Below, piece after piece: positions 19,197 through 27,513 of a DNA stretch of 64,000 bases. Each line of letters begins with the position of its first letter. Position 1 is the first letter of the stretch. This DNA is from Candidatus Alectryobacillus sp. (lineage in GTDB: Bacteria > Bacillota_I > Bacilli_A > RFN20 > CAG-826). The position numbers and the translations under genes are program-made. The notes under the pieces were generated by a model. The model had not been told where the DNA came from. It saw nothing but the letters and a program-made list of their open reading frames with translations, and searched no databases. Location of the stretch: positions 39,735-103,734 of the forward strand of contig DAINNH010000001.1 in assembly GCA_036735985.1 (NCBI GenBank), given 5' to 3'.

Positions 19197-21347
19197 ATGG
19201 ATATTATTAGTGTAATTGCTGAAGAACTAAATATTAGTGTTTCCCGTATAAATGCAGCGGTAAAACTTCTTGATGAAGGTGATACTGTCGCATTTATTGC
19301 TCGATATCGTAAAGAAGTTACAGGTGCTCTTACTGATGAAGATTTACGTGAGTTAGAAAAGAAATTAATTTATTATCGTTCCTTAGAAGAAAAACGCCAA
19401 ACCGTTCTTAAGTCAATGGAAGAACAAGGTGTTCTTACTGAGGAATTAAAGAATCAAATCGAAAATGTCCGTAAATTATCTGAACTTGAGGATATTTATC
19501 GTCCGTTTCGTCCTAAAAAGAAAACTCGTGCTTCGATTGCTATCGCTAAAGGGCTTAAACCTGTAGCGGAGGTTATGTTAAAGCAAGAAGTTAAAGATAA
19601 TTTTAATGATTATCTTGCTACCTTTATTAACAAAGAAAAAGGTGTTGAAACTATTGCGGATGTAATTAAAGGAGCCGAAGATATTGTTGCTGAAGCCATC
19701 TCGGACGATCCTAATTATCGTGGATTTGTGAAGAGATTTATCCTAAATAATGCTTTCATTACTTCTAAAGAAATTGCTAAAGATGAAAAAGATACTTTTG
19801 CAATGTATAAAGATTTTAGAGAATCTTTAAAGAAAATTCCTAACTTTAGAATTCTAGCAATTAATCGTGGCGAATCTCTAAAATGTTTAAAAGTTGACTT
19901 TGATTTTGAAGATGATTTTATTAAAGAAAATCTTCAAAGTCGTATTATTTCAAAAAAATTATATAGTGAATATTTGGTTCCAACGATTGATGATTCTTTA
20001 AAGAGATTATCATATCCATCTATTGAAACCGAAATTCGTAATGAATTGTTTGAAAGAGCTGAAGATGCTTCTATTAAAATCTTTGAAGGCAACTTACGTC
20101 AGCTATTGATGTATCCACCTTTAAAGAATAAAGTAGTTTTGGGCTTTGACCCTGGCTTCCGCACAGGTTGTAAAGTGGCTGTTGTTAATCAAACAGGTGA
20201 TTTGCAAGCGGTTGATGTTGTTAATGTTACAGCTAGTAGCCAAAATGAAATAGATAATGGAGTAAAAACTCTACTATTCCTTATTAAAAAGTATAATGTT
20301 GAATATATTGCTCTTGGTAATGGTACAGCTAGTCGTGAATCTGAAACCATTTTATCTAAAATGATTAAAGACAATAATTTAAGTGTAAAGATTTCCATTG
20401 TTAATGAATCAGGTGCCAGTGTTTATAGTGCAAGCGAATTAGGACAAGAAGAATTTCCAAAATTACCAGTTGAAAAACGTAGTGCTATTTCCTTAGCTCG
20501 TCGTTTGCAAGATCCATTAAGTGAACTTGTAAAAATTGATCCAAAAGCTATAGGTGTCGGGCAATATCAACATGATATGGATAAAACAAAATTAGATTTT
20601 GCTCTATCGCGTATTGTTGAAGAATGCGTCAACAAAGTTGGAGTTAATGTCAATACAGCTTCTGTTAGTTTATTAAAATATGTTTCTGGCATTAGCGATT
20701 CTTTAGCAAAAAATATTGTTGATTATAAAATTAAAAATGGTGAATTTAAAGATCGCAAGACTCTCCTTAAAGTAACTAAGATGGGTCCAAAAGCTTTTGA
20801 ACAATCAGCCGGTTTCTTACGTATTAAAGATGGGTTAAATCCTCTTGATAACACAGGTGTTCATCCTGAATCCTATGATATAGCAATTAAATTATTAGGT
20901 TTTGTAGGGTTTTCTACAAGTGATGTTAATAAAAAAGAGACTCAAGATAAGATAAGTGCTCTTTATGACAATGGTTTCTTTAAAAAATGTGCAATTGAAT
21001 ATAATGACACTATTGATGATATTTTAAAGGAATTAATTAAACCTGGACATGATGCCCGTGATGATGCTGAAGTTGTTGAATTAGACTCAACTGTTAAAGA
21101 CATTAAAGATTTAAAAGTTGGGCAAATTCTCACAGGTGTTGTTCATAATATTACTGATTTTGGTGCTTTTGTTGATATAAATGTTCATCAAGATGGTTTA
21201 GTACATATTAGTGAAATTGCCGACAAATATATTCATCACCCAAGTGAAGTCTTAACGATTAACCAAGTTGTAAAAGTTAAAGTTATTAATGTTGATGTTG
21301 ATCGAAAGAAAATCGGTTTATCTATTAAGCAAGTCTCAAATAAATAG
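19197..21347 (+). CDS. tex: Tex-like transcription accessory protein (YqgF/HhH/S1 domains)
   Basis: FIARYRKEVTG N-terminal motif, central RuvC/YqgF-like GFDPGFRTGCKVAV, C-terminal S1 domain GVVHNITDFGAFVDI..DGLVHISE. Confidence 0.9.
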   Translation: MDIISVIAEELNISVSRINAAVKLLDEGDTVAFIARYRKEVTGALTDEDLRELEKKLIYYRSLEEKRQTVLKSMEEQGVLTEELKNQIENVRKLSELEDIYRPFRPKKKTRASIAIAKGLKPVAEVMLKQEVKDNFNDYLATFINKEKGVETIADVIKGAEDIVAEAISDDPNYRGFVKRFILNNAFITSKEIAKDEKDTFAMYKDFRESLKKIPNFRILAINRGESLKCLKVDFDFEDDFIKENLQSRIISKKLYSEYLVPTIDDSLKRLSYPSIETEIRNELFERAEDASIKIFEGNLRQLLMYPPLKNKVVLGFDPGFRTGCKVAVVNQTGDLQAVDVVNVTASSQNEIDNGVKTLLFLIKKYNVEYIALGNGTASRESETILSKMIKDNNLSVKISIVNESGASVYSASELGQEEFPKLPVEKRSAISLARRLQDPLSELVKIDPKAIGVGQYQHDMDKTKLDFALSRIVEECVNKVGVNVNTASVSLLKYVSGISDSLAKNIVDYKIKNGEFKDRKTLLKVTKMGPKAFEQSAGFLRIKDGLNPLDNTGVHPESYDIAIKLLGFVGFSTSDVNKKETQDKISALYDNGFFKKCAIEYNDTIDDILKELIKPGHDARDDAEVVELDSTVKDIKDLKVGQILTGVVHNITDFGAFVDINVHQDGLVHISEIADKYIHHPSEVLTINQVVKVKVINVDVDRKKIGLSIKQVSNK

Positions 21348-21395
21348 TTTTGCAATTTAAAGCGTCTTTTTTGAGTATAATTTCAAATTTCATAC

Positions 21396-21424
21396 TTGAT
21401 AAAAAAGGCGCTTTATTGTATATT
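21396..21424 (+). promoter_or_regulatory. Promoter of tRNA cluster
   Basis: TTGATA (21396-21401), 17-nt spacer, TATATT (21419-21424), ~20 nt before tRNA-Ile. Confidence 0.5.
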
Positions 21425-21446
21425 ATTTAAGCGTATTAAAAGGCAT

Positions 21447-21523
21447 GGGCCTTTAGCTCAGTTGGTTAGAGCGCGTCCCTGATAAGGACGAGGTCGATAG
21501 TTCGAGCCTATTAAGGCCCACCA
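21447..21523 (+). tRNA. tRNA-Ile (anticodon GAT)
   Basis: Hand-folded cloverleaf: acceptor GGGCCTT/AAGGCCC, anticodon arm CGTCC-CTGATAA-GGACG, T-loop TTCGAGC, encoded CCA. Confidence 0.9.
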
Positions 21524-21596
21524 TTACGCTAAATATTTTGTCCATTTATGGACTTTTTATTTTAAAGAATTGAAATCTATAGTAAACTTGAGTTAT

Positions 21597-21671
21597 GGAC
21601 ATTTAGCTCAGTGGGAGAGCGCTTCCTTCACACGGAAGAGGCCATAGGTTCAATCCCTATAATGTCCACCA
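21597..21671 (+). tRNA. tRNA-Val (anticodon CAC)
   Basis: Acceptor GGACATT/AATGTCC, anticodon arm CTTCC-TTCACAC-GGAAG, T-arm ATAGG-TTCAATC-CCTAT, A73, encoded CCA. Confidence 0.85.
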
Positions 21672-21686
21672 GACATCTGACTTATT

Positions 21687-21762
21687 GCCTTCTTAGCTCA
21701 ATTGGTAGAGCAACTGATTTGTAATCAGTAGGTCGTAGGTTCGACTCCTATAGAAGGCACCA
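21687..21762 (+). tRNA. tRNA-Thr (anticodon TGT)
   Basis: Acceptor GCCTTCT/AGAAGGC, anticodon arm ACTGA-TTTGTAA-TCAGT, T-loop TTCGACT, encoded CCA. Confidence 0.9.
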
Positions 21763-21773
21763 CTTGTTAAAAT

Positions 21774-21807
21774 AGGCACTTTATTGCTATAAAGTGCCTT
21801 TTGTTTT
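21774..21807. terminator. Intrinsic terminator after tRNA cluster
   Basis: 10-bp stem AGGCACTTTA / TAAAGTGCCT (21774-21783 / 21790-21799), 6-nt loop, T-rich tail. Confidence 0.7.
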
Positions 21808-21853
21808 GCCTTTTAAGTGAATATTAAGGTTATGAAACGTATATAATAAAGAT

Positions 21854-22552
21854 ATGAGTAAAATAGTTGAAAAAGTATTTAATAAATATGTCGTTAGATT
21901 ATATTTAGAATCTAATGAGATTTGTCCTTTAATTATTGTTCCAACGTATGAAGATAATGGAAAAGAATTAATTGAAGGAATTAAAAATGTATTTAAAGGG
22001 GATTTTAATATTTGTGTTATTTCTAATATTAATTGGGACCACGATTTGTCACCATGGGCTTGTGGACCGATTGTATATAAAAATGACCATTTTGATGGTG
22101 GTGCAGATTCATTTGTTGAATTTATCAAAACCTCAATATTGACATTTTGCTATCAAAATATTGCTGCAAAATCCGATTATTTGATAATTGCAGGATATTC
22201 ATTGGCAGGCTTATTTAGTATTTATAGTGCTTTTAAAATTAGCACATTCGATGCTATTGTTTCAGCTTCTGGTTCACTTTGGTTTCCTAAATTTATGGAA
22301 TATGTTAAATCCAATGTATTTATTAAAAAACCAACTTTCATCTACCTATCAATAGGTGATAAAGAAAGTAATACGAAAAATGAATATTTAAAAACAACTG
22401 TTTCAAATACGCAGGAATTGCAAATTTATTTTAATAATTTAGGAATTAAATCCATCTTTGAGTTAAATCCTGGAAACCATTTTCAAGATGCTAATTTTAG
22501 ACTAGCTAAGGGCATTGGCATAGCTTTAAATTTTTATTCTTCAAAAAAATAG
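21854..22552 (+). CDS. Alpha/beta-hydrolase, esterase family
   Basis: Nucleophile elbow GYSLAG, later GDKE and NPGNH consistent with Ser-Asp-His esterase fold (putative-esterase/IroE-like size 232 aa). Confidence 0.6.
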   Translation: MSKIVEKVFNKYVVRLYLESNEICPLIIVPTYEDNGKELIEGIKNVFKGDFNICVISNINWDHDLSPWACGPIVYKNDHFDGGADSFVEFIKTSILTFCYQNIAAKSDYLIIAGYSLAGLFSIYSAFKISTFDAIVSASGSLWFPKFMEYVKSNVFIKKPTFIYLSIGDKESNTKNEYLKTTVSNTQELQIYFNNLGIKSIFELNPGNHFQDANFRLAKGIGIALNFYSSKK

Positions 22553-22662
22553 ATTAAAGATTTTTATAGATAAATTCTAATAATATTAATATTTAAATTT
22601 ACAGGTATTTATGCAATAATTATTAAGCGCAAGCGGTAATTATATAAGTAATTACGATAAAA

Positions 22663-22748
22663 TGCACTGATGGCGGAATTTGGTATACGCGCGTGACTTA
22701 GGATCACGTGGGGTAACCCGTGCAGGTTCAATTCCTGTTCAGTGCACC
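22663..22748 (+). tRNA. tRNA-Leu (anticodon TAG), class II with long variable arm
   Basis: Acceptor GCACTGA/TCAGTGC, anticodon arm CGTGA-CTTAGGA-TCACG, variable arm TGGGGTAACCCGTG, T-loop TTCAATT, encoded CCA. Confidence 0.9.
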
Positions 22749-22784
22749 AGAAAAAGGTTCAGATCATCTGAACTTTTTATTTTT
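22749..22784 (+). terminator. Intrinsic terminator after tRNA-Leu
   Basis: Stem GTTCAG / CTGAAC (22756-22761 / 22767-22772) extended by A/T pairs, T-run. Confidence 0.7.
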
Positions 22785-22881
22785 CTAATAATTTTGTTAT
22801 TAATTAAAAAAGATTAGGCAACATAACAGAGCTTAAATTTTATCTAGAAGTGTTTTTGGTTTTTATATTCTTATTTTAACT

Positions 22882-23238
22882 ATGGATATTTCAACATTTT
22901 ATGATGGATATGAGGTTCTCCCTGGATGTAGAACTGATGGGGACTTAACTAAAAACGAAGATTGCGCAGATGTAAATAGACTTAGATTGGTTTTAAATAT
23001 TTTAAATAAGCAAAAAAATGTTAACAAAGAAAAATTCTTTAAATCAGCAGCAAACTTGTTTTCGGACATTTTAACTAGTGGCGTATATGCTAAATATGTG
23101 TTTAATGATCTCCATTCAAATTCTCGGGCATGTGTTAACCGTGCATTCTCAACGACACCTGAGTTTATGGAAACTTTCAATGTTCAACCAACTGATTTAA
23201 TGTACGTAGCGCCTAAAGATATGATTGTTCTTTGGTAA
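22882..23238 (+). pseudogene. C-terminal remnant (~118 aa) of an M13 (PepO/neprilysin-type) metalloendopeptidase
   Basis: EVLPGCRTDGDLTKNEDCADVNRL aligns to M13 ..EVLPG..VNG.LTLGENIADLGGL; tail EFMETFNVQPTDLMYVAPKDMIVLW matches the M13 C-terminus ending in W; HExxH-containing ~500 aa absent, in-frame TAA at 22876-22878. Confidence 0.65.
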
Positions 23239-23307
23239 AAAAACGATTTTAATTGTTTAATTTTTATGTTTGGTATTATGTAAAAAAGTTGTTTTTTGCA
23301 TAGATAG

Positions 23308-24216
23308 TTAATTCTCTTTTTCCAATTCCTGGGGTTTTGCAGTGTTTTTGTAAGTGATAAAACCATCCCATATTACAATAGCTTCACCTATAATTAATAA
23401 AGCCAATGAAACATAGAAATTCCATTTTGGAAATTCTCTAAAAATAGCTATGGAATATATTACTCCAAAAAATGGATTTGACGAATATAGGGCTATTCCT
23501 AATGGGGCGCTCATATGGCGGAAACACCAAATCATTAAAGTAATTGACATGCCATAAGCTATACAACCATCTAAGAGAGCGAGGCTTATTGCTGAATAAT
23601 TGTCCGTAATTTGATGGGTTGAGAGGGCAATTATTAGGATAACAACACCAGGAGTAAGACATTTAAAAAAGGTCACTTCAATTGGATCTTTATGAGAAAT
23701 ATGTTTAGCAAGATTATCTTCAATGCCCCACATAATAGTGGCACCAATTATAAGAATAGCTCCATAATTGAAAGTAAATCCTTCAGTTGGATTAAAAGTT
23801 AGCATAAATGAAGAACATAAAATAATGCCAATGGCCATCCATAGACGCCATGATATTTTCTGTTTAAAAAATAAATTAGCAAAGAGAGCGGTTGCGACAA
23901 GTTCGAAAGTTTGCAACAAGGAGGCCGTTTCGCCGTTTAAAAGGCTAATGCCATAAAATAACATGACATTCGCGGCACAATCAAATAAATTAATAATTAA
24001 TACTGATATCCAATCCTTGCCTTTTAATAAAGGTTCTTTATTTTTCTTTGTTAAACGTGATATTAAAAAAACAATACCAACACCAAAGGCTCCTCCTAAA
24101 CATGTTAAAGAAGAAAGGAGCATTATTGGCATTTGGCCAGTAAGATATTTACCAAATGGTACATTAATAGCAGCTAATGCCGCTGCTAAAATCATTATCA
24201 AATAAAATCTCTTCAT
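23308..24216 (-). CDS. DMT-superfamily (EamA-type) transporter
   Basis: ~10 TM helices in two EamA-like halves; start moved to ATG 24216 (MKRFYLIMIL) because TATAAT lies 7 nt upstream and the track start 24294 overlaps the divergent gene. Confidence 0.7.
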   Translation of the reverse strand: MKRFYLIMILAAALAAINVPFGKYLTGQMPIMLLSSLTCLGGAFGVGIVFLISRLTKKNKEPLLKGKDWISVLIINLFDCAANVMLFYGISLLNGETASLLQTFELVATALFANLFFKQKISWRLWMAIGIILCSSFMLTFNPTEGFTFNYGAILIIGATIMWGIEDNLAKHISHKDPIEVTFFKCLTPGVVILIIALSTHQITDNYSAISLALLDGCIAYGMSITLMIWCFRHMSAPLGIALYSSNPFFGVIYSIAIFREFPKWNFYVSLALLIIGEAIVIWDGFITYKNTAKPQELEKEN

Positions 24217-24274
24217 AGAGAAAATTATAAATCTTTTATAAAATAAAAGATATATAATGTTTCCAAGGTTAAAT

Positions 24275-24913
24275 ATGAATATTTTAGAAAGCACACGTGA
24301 AAGAATTGCATCTTTAGGAAACTACAAAACAGCTGATATTGATAAGATTATTAAAGAATATATCAAAAAAGATATTGATGTATCTTCTTTTAAAGAATAT
24401 GTTTTAAAAGAACAGTATCTTCATCGTATATATTTTGCGGTTTCTCTTGCTCAGATTGAAAAGATAGAAGAACGCTATAAATTTATAGAAGATAACTTTG
24501 ATAATTTAAATGATTGGTGGCACGTTGATCAACTTACGATGTATCTAAAGGAAGACAACTTTGATATTGCTTACTCATATGCCAAGATTTATGTTAATGA
24601 TTCTCGAAGTTTCGTTAGACGTTGGGGCTATGTGTTATTTTTGCCAAAGTTAATAAAAGAAACAAGAAAATATTCAAGAATAGTTGATTTATTTCATGAC
24701 GATGATGAGTATTATGTTCAAATGGGCATAGCTTGGATTATTTCATATATGTTTATTTATGATAGCAATTTTACATATAATTTTTTAAAAGATTGTAAAA
24801 TGAAATATGATATTTTAGGTAAGGCAATTCAAAAAACGTGTGATTCTTTTAGAGTTGATGACAAAATTAAGGAAAAAATTAAGGAATTAAGACCGCTATT
24901 AAAAAATAATTAG
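24275..24913 (+). CDS. DNA alkylation repair (AlkD-like HEAT-repeat) protein
   Basis: DWWHVDQL, SFVRRWGYVLFL, YYVQMGIAWIISY match the DNA_alkylation family pattern (W-x-vD, RR, igW); ATG 24275 preferred since TATAAT 24253-24258 overlaps the track start 24257. Confidence 0.55.
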   Translation: MNILESTRERIASLGNYKTADIDKIIKEYIKKDIDVSSFKEYVLKEQYLHRIYFAVSLAQIEKIEERYKFIEDNFDNLNDWWHVDQLTMYLKEDNFDIAYSYAKIYVNDSRSFVRRWGYVLFLPKLIKETRKYSRIVDLFHDDDEYYVQMGIAWIISYMFIYDSNFTYNFLKDCKMKYDILGKAIQKTCDSFRVDDKIKEKIKELRPLLKNN

Positions 24914-24919
24914 AGTAAA

Positions 24920-24928
24920 TGGTATAAT
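24920..24928 (+). promoter_or_regulatory. Extended -10 promoter element, leaderless start at 24935
   Basis: TGGTATAAT (TGnTATAAT) ends 6 nt before ATG 24935; no SD in between. Confidence 0.5.
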
Positions 24929-24934
24929 TAAAGT

Positions 24935-25375
24935 ATGAAAAAGAAATTGAATTCGGTAGTTAGTTATCTTAACTTGTGCGTTGGAATTCTTTTAACGATA
25001 TTTTTAGTATTTCCGTGTTTCACATATACAGATGAAGTTTCGGGCAAAACTTCGTACTATAATATCTTTAATTATTTTAAATTTGATCAATTTAAAGCAT
25101 ATAGCATTTCCATATTGATTATTTCCTGTTTTATTATTGGTATTGGATTAATGTATTTGGCTAACATTTTGTTAAAAAGCAAACTTAATTTCTTTAAATA
25201 TTTTGATGTAGCTTTGCCTTGTTTAATTCTGGCACTTCTTATTTGTGTTTGCTGTGTTAAAGCGTATTTGTTTATCGGAATAAGTGGGTTCTTACTTTTG
25301 ATGTCATTATTTGGTATTTTTGTTCTTTTCTTTAAGGAGGATAATAACAATGAAACCAAACAAGAAAAAGAATAA
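24935..25375 (+). CDS. Hypothetical 4-TM membrane protein
   Basis: 146 aa, four hydrophobic segments, charged C-terminus; first gene of the 24935-29048 operon. Confidence 0.5.
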   Translation: MKKKLNSVVSYLNLCVGILLTIFLVFPCFTYTDEVSGKTSYYNIFNYFKFDQFKAYSISILIISCFIIGIGLMYLANILLKSKLNFFKYFDVALPCLILALLICVCCVKAYLFIGISGFLLLMSLFGIFVLFFKEDNNNETKQEKE

Positions 25376-25487
25376 GTATGTTCCAAAAGAAGACAAAAAC
25401 ATGCTTAATGAAGAAAGAGAAGATGAGTTATTAAAGAGTCATAAAGATGACAAATTGGAGAATGATGAAGAACAATACGATAGATAA
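25350..25487 (+). CDS. Candidate 45-aa highly charged small protein (below ORF-track cutoff)
   Basis: AAGGAGG (25334-25340) 9 nt before ATG 25350; hand translation MKPNKKKNKYVPKEDKNMLNEEREDELLKSHKDDKLENDEEQYDR*; fills the whole 71-nt gap between neighbours and overlaps both. Confidence 0.3.
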   Translation: MKPNKKKNKYVPKEDKNMLNEEREDELLKSHKDDKLENDEEQYDR

Positions 25488-26241
25488 AAATGAGTTGCCA
25501 GTTTTGAGTTTTACTGATGAAAAAGGTTTAATAGAACCGAAAGAATTAGCAAAACATTATAATCAGTTACCAAAGAATTGTGTTTTTACATTCTTTAAAG
25601 ATGTAATTGATGAACTTTTGTTTGAAGAAAAAATCGATTTTCTTTATATGGTACATGGGGAAAATTCTTTTACTATTTATAACTTTAAAGAATATGATTG
25701 CATTATTGTTCATGGCATTATTGGAAGCAGTGCATCAGGGAATTTATTAGAAGATTTAATTGCTTTAGGTGTGCGAAACGTGGTGTTTTGTGGCGGTGCG
25801 GGTTCTTTAATTAAAGAGCAACAAGTTGGCAAACTTGTTGCTGTTGATTCTGCAATTAGGGATGAAGGTATGTCATATCATTACCTCGAAGATAGTGATA
25901 AAGTCTTTGCTGAACCTTTATATTTGGAAAAATTTTGTGATTTTTTGCTGCAAAATCGTGTTATTTTCCAAAAAGGATGCACATGGACAACGGATGGCTT
26001 TTATCGCGAAACAAAATCAAAGCGAGATGCTTTCATTAAAGCGGGTGCGATTACTGTTGATATGGAGCAAGCAGGAATGCTCGCCGTATCTAAATATAGA
26101 AATATCAATTATGTTGGTTTATTATATTGTGGTGACGATGTTTCACAAGATTCGTGGGATAATCGCGCTTGGAGCAGACGTGGAGACATTCGCCGTGACA
26201 TGGTTGAACTTGCTGTAAAATTCTTAGATGAACAAAAATAA
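25447..26241 (+). CDS. Nucleoside phosphorylase/nucleosidase family (PNP_UDP_1-type) protein
   Basis: FCGGAGSL phosphate-loop-like motif, TVDMEQAGMLAV (E-M-E type active-site helix), ~260 aa; in-frame TAA at 25432 limits the start to 25447-25465. Confidence 0.7.
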   Translation: MTNWRMMKNNTIDKNELPVLSFTDEKGLIEPKELAKHYNQLPKNCVFTFFKDVIDELLFEEKIDFLYMVHGENSFTIYNFKEYDCIIVHGIIGSSASGNLLEDLIALGVRNVVFCGGAGSLIKEQQVGKLVAVDSAIRDEGMSYHYLEDSDKVFAEPLYLEKFCDFLLQNRVIFQKGCTWTTDGFYRETKSKRDAFIKAGAITVDMEQAGMLAVSKYRNINYVGLLYCGDDVSQDSWDNRAWSRRGDIRRDMVELAVKFLDEQK

Positions 26242-27127
26242 AATGAAAAATCTCATTGGTGCCATTTTAGTAAATGGCTATGCAAACTATGATTCTGTAA
26301 CGAATCAAATAACAAGATTAAATGAAGAATTTAATAAAAGAAACGTTAAAATTGACGTTATTTTAAGTTCAGATTCCATAGCATATGTTGATAATGATGG
26401 TGTCATAAAATGTACTTTAAAACCATATAATTTTATTGTTTTTTTAGATAAAGATAAACATATCTCAATGCTTCTTGAAAAAGCTGGTTATAAATTATTT
26501 AATTCATCAAAAGCTATTGAACTTTGTGATGACAAAATGCTAACTTACATAATTTTAGGTAATAAGGGATTAAAGTTAGCAAAAACATATTCATCACCAT
26601 TATGCTATACGCCTGATGCTGATTTTATGAAGTATAGTTCTGTTGTATTAGAGAATTTATCTTTTCCATTTTTAATTAAAGAAAACTTTGGTAGTTTAGG
26701 AAAACAAGTTTACTTAATTTCAAATATTGAAGAATTTGAAAGAAAAGAAAAAGAATTACAAGGTAAGCCGCATCTATATCAACAATTTATTTCCGAATCA
26801 AGCGGTGTTGATTATCGTGTAATTGTTATTGGAAACAAGGTTGTTGGCGGAATGAAAAGAAGTAATCCAAATTCGTTTATAGCCAATATTGGTTCTGGCG
26901 GTGTTGGAACTCCTTATGATGTACCTGATGATATGAAAAAGGCTGCGGTTTCCGCATCGAAAGCACTAGGATGTGATTATTGTGGGGTAGACTTTGTTAT
27001 AAATAACCAAAATGAAGCCGTTTTAATAGAAGTGAATTCTAATGCGTTCTTTAAAAGTTTTGAATCTGTAACGGGAATAAATGTTGCCACAATTTATTGT
27101 GATTATATATTAAAACATTTAAAATAG
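26228..27127 (+). CDS. RimK-family ATP-grasp ligase
   Basis: ATP-grasp motifs FLIKENFGSLGKQVYLI, YQQFISESSGVDYRVIVIG, GVDFVINNQNEAVLIEVNSNA; alternative start ATG 26243 one nt after upstream stop. Confidence 0.75.
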   Translation: MNKNKMKNLIGAILVNGYANYDSVTNQITRLNEEFNKRNVKIDVILSSDSIAYVDNDGVIKCTLKPYNFIVFLDKDKHISMLLEKAGYKLFNSSKAIELCDDKMLTYIILGNKGLKLAKTYSSPLCYTPDADFMKYSSVVLENLSFPFLIKENFGSLGKQVYLISNIEEFERKEKELQGKPHLYQQFISESSGVDYRVIVIGNKVVGGMKRSNPNSFIANIGSGGVGTPYDVPDDMKKAAVSASKALGCDYCGVDFVINNQNEAVLIEVNSNAFFKSFESVTGINVATIYCDYILKHLK

Positions 27128-27131
27128 AGTT

Positions 27132-27512
27132 ATGACGAGAGCAGTAAGCAAATTAATAATATTTGGAAATTGTATTTTGGTTCTTTTATTAGGAATCGCA
27201 AATATTTTTTTGATTGTAAATTTTTGGCAAAACCTTAGTATTTGGGAAATTATTTTTAATTGTTTAAATGTTGCTGCTTATTTGTTAGTGGCCTGGATTA
27301 TTATTTTCCTTTTATCAAAAAATTTAAAAATCCATTTACTATATTATGTTAATGGTTTGATTTTTGTTTTTGGAATAATGTTTATTGTTTCAGCTTGTTT
27401 GACAAAAACTTATGGTGTTCTTGTATATAGTATTTGTTATGCTTGTTTTAATATATTTGTTACAATAACCAATTATTTTGGCTTTATTAAGAATCATAGG
27501 AGAATAGTGTGA
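27132..27512 (+). CDS. Hypothetical 4-TM membrane protein
   Basis: 126 aa, four hydrophobic helices; 4 nt after ATP-grasp stop, TGA followed 1 nt later by next ATG. Confidence 0.55.
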   Translation: MTRAVSKLIIFGNCILVLLLGIANIFLIVNFWQNLSIWEIIFNCLNVAAYLLVAWIIIFLLSKNLKIHLLYYVNGLIFVFGIMFIVSACLTKTYGVLVYSICYACFNIFVTITNYFGFIKNHRRIV

Positions 27513-27513
27513 T

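Noticed and set aside
22553-23307. Integrated mobile element at tRNA-Leu
   Set aside because: There is no integrase, transposase or phage gene, and I found no direct repeat of the tRNA 3' end downstream. Only the peptidase remnant lies here.
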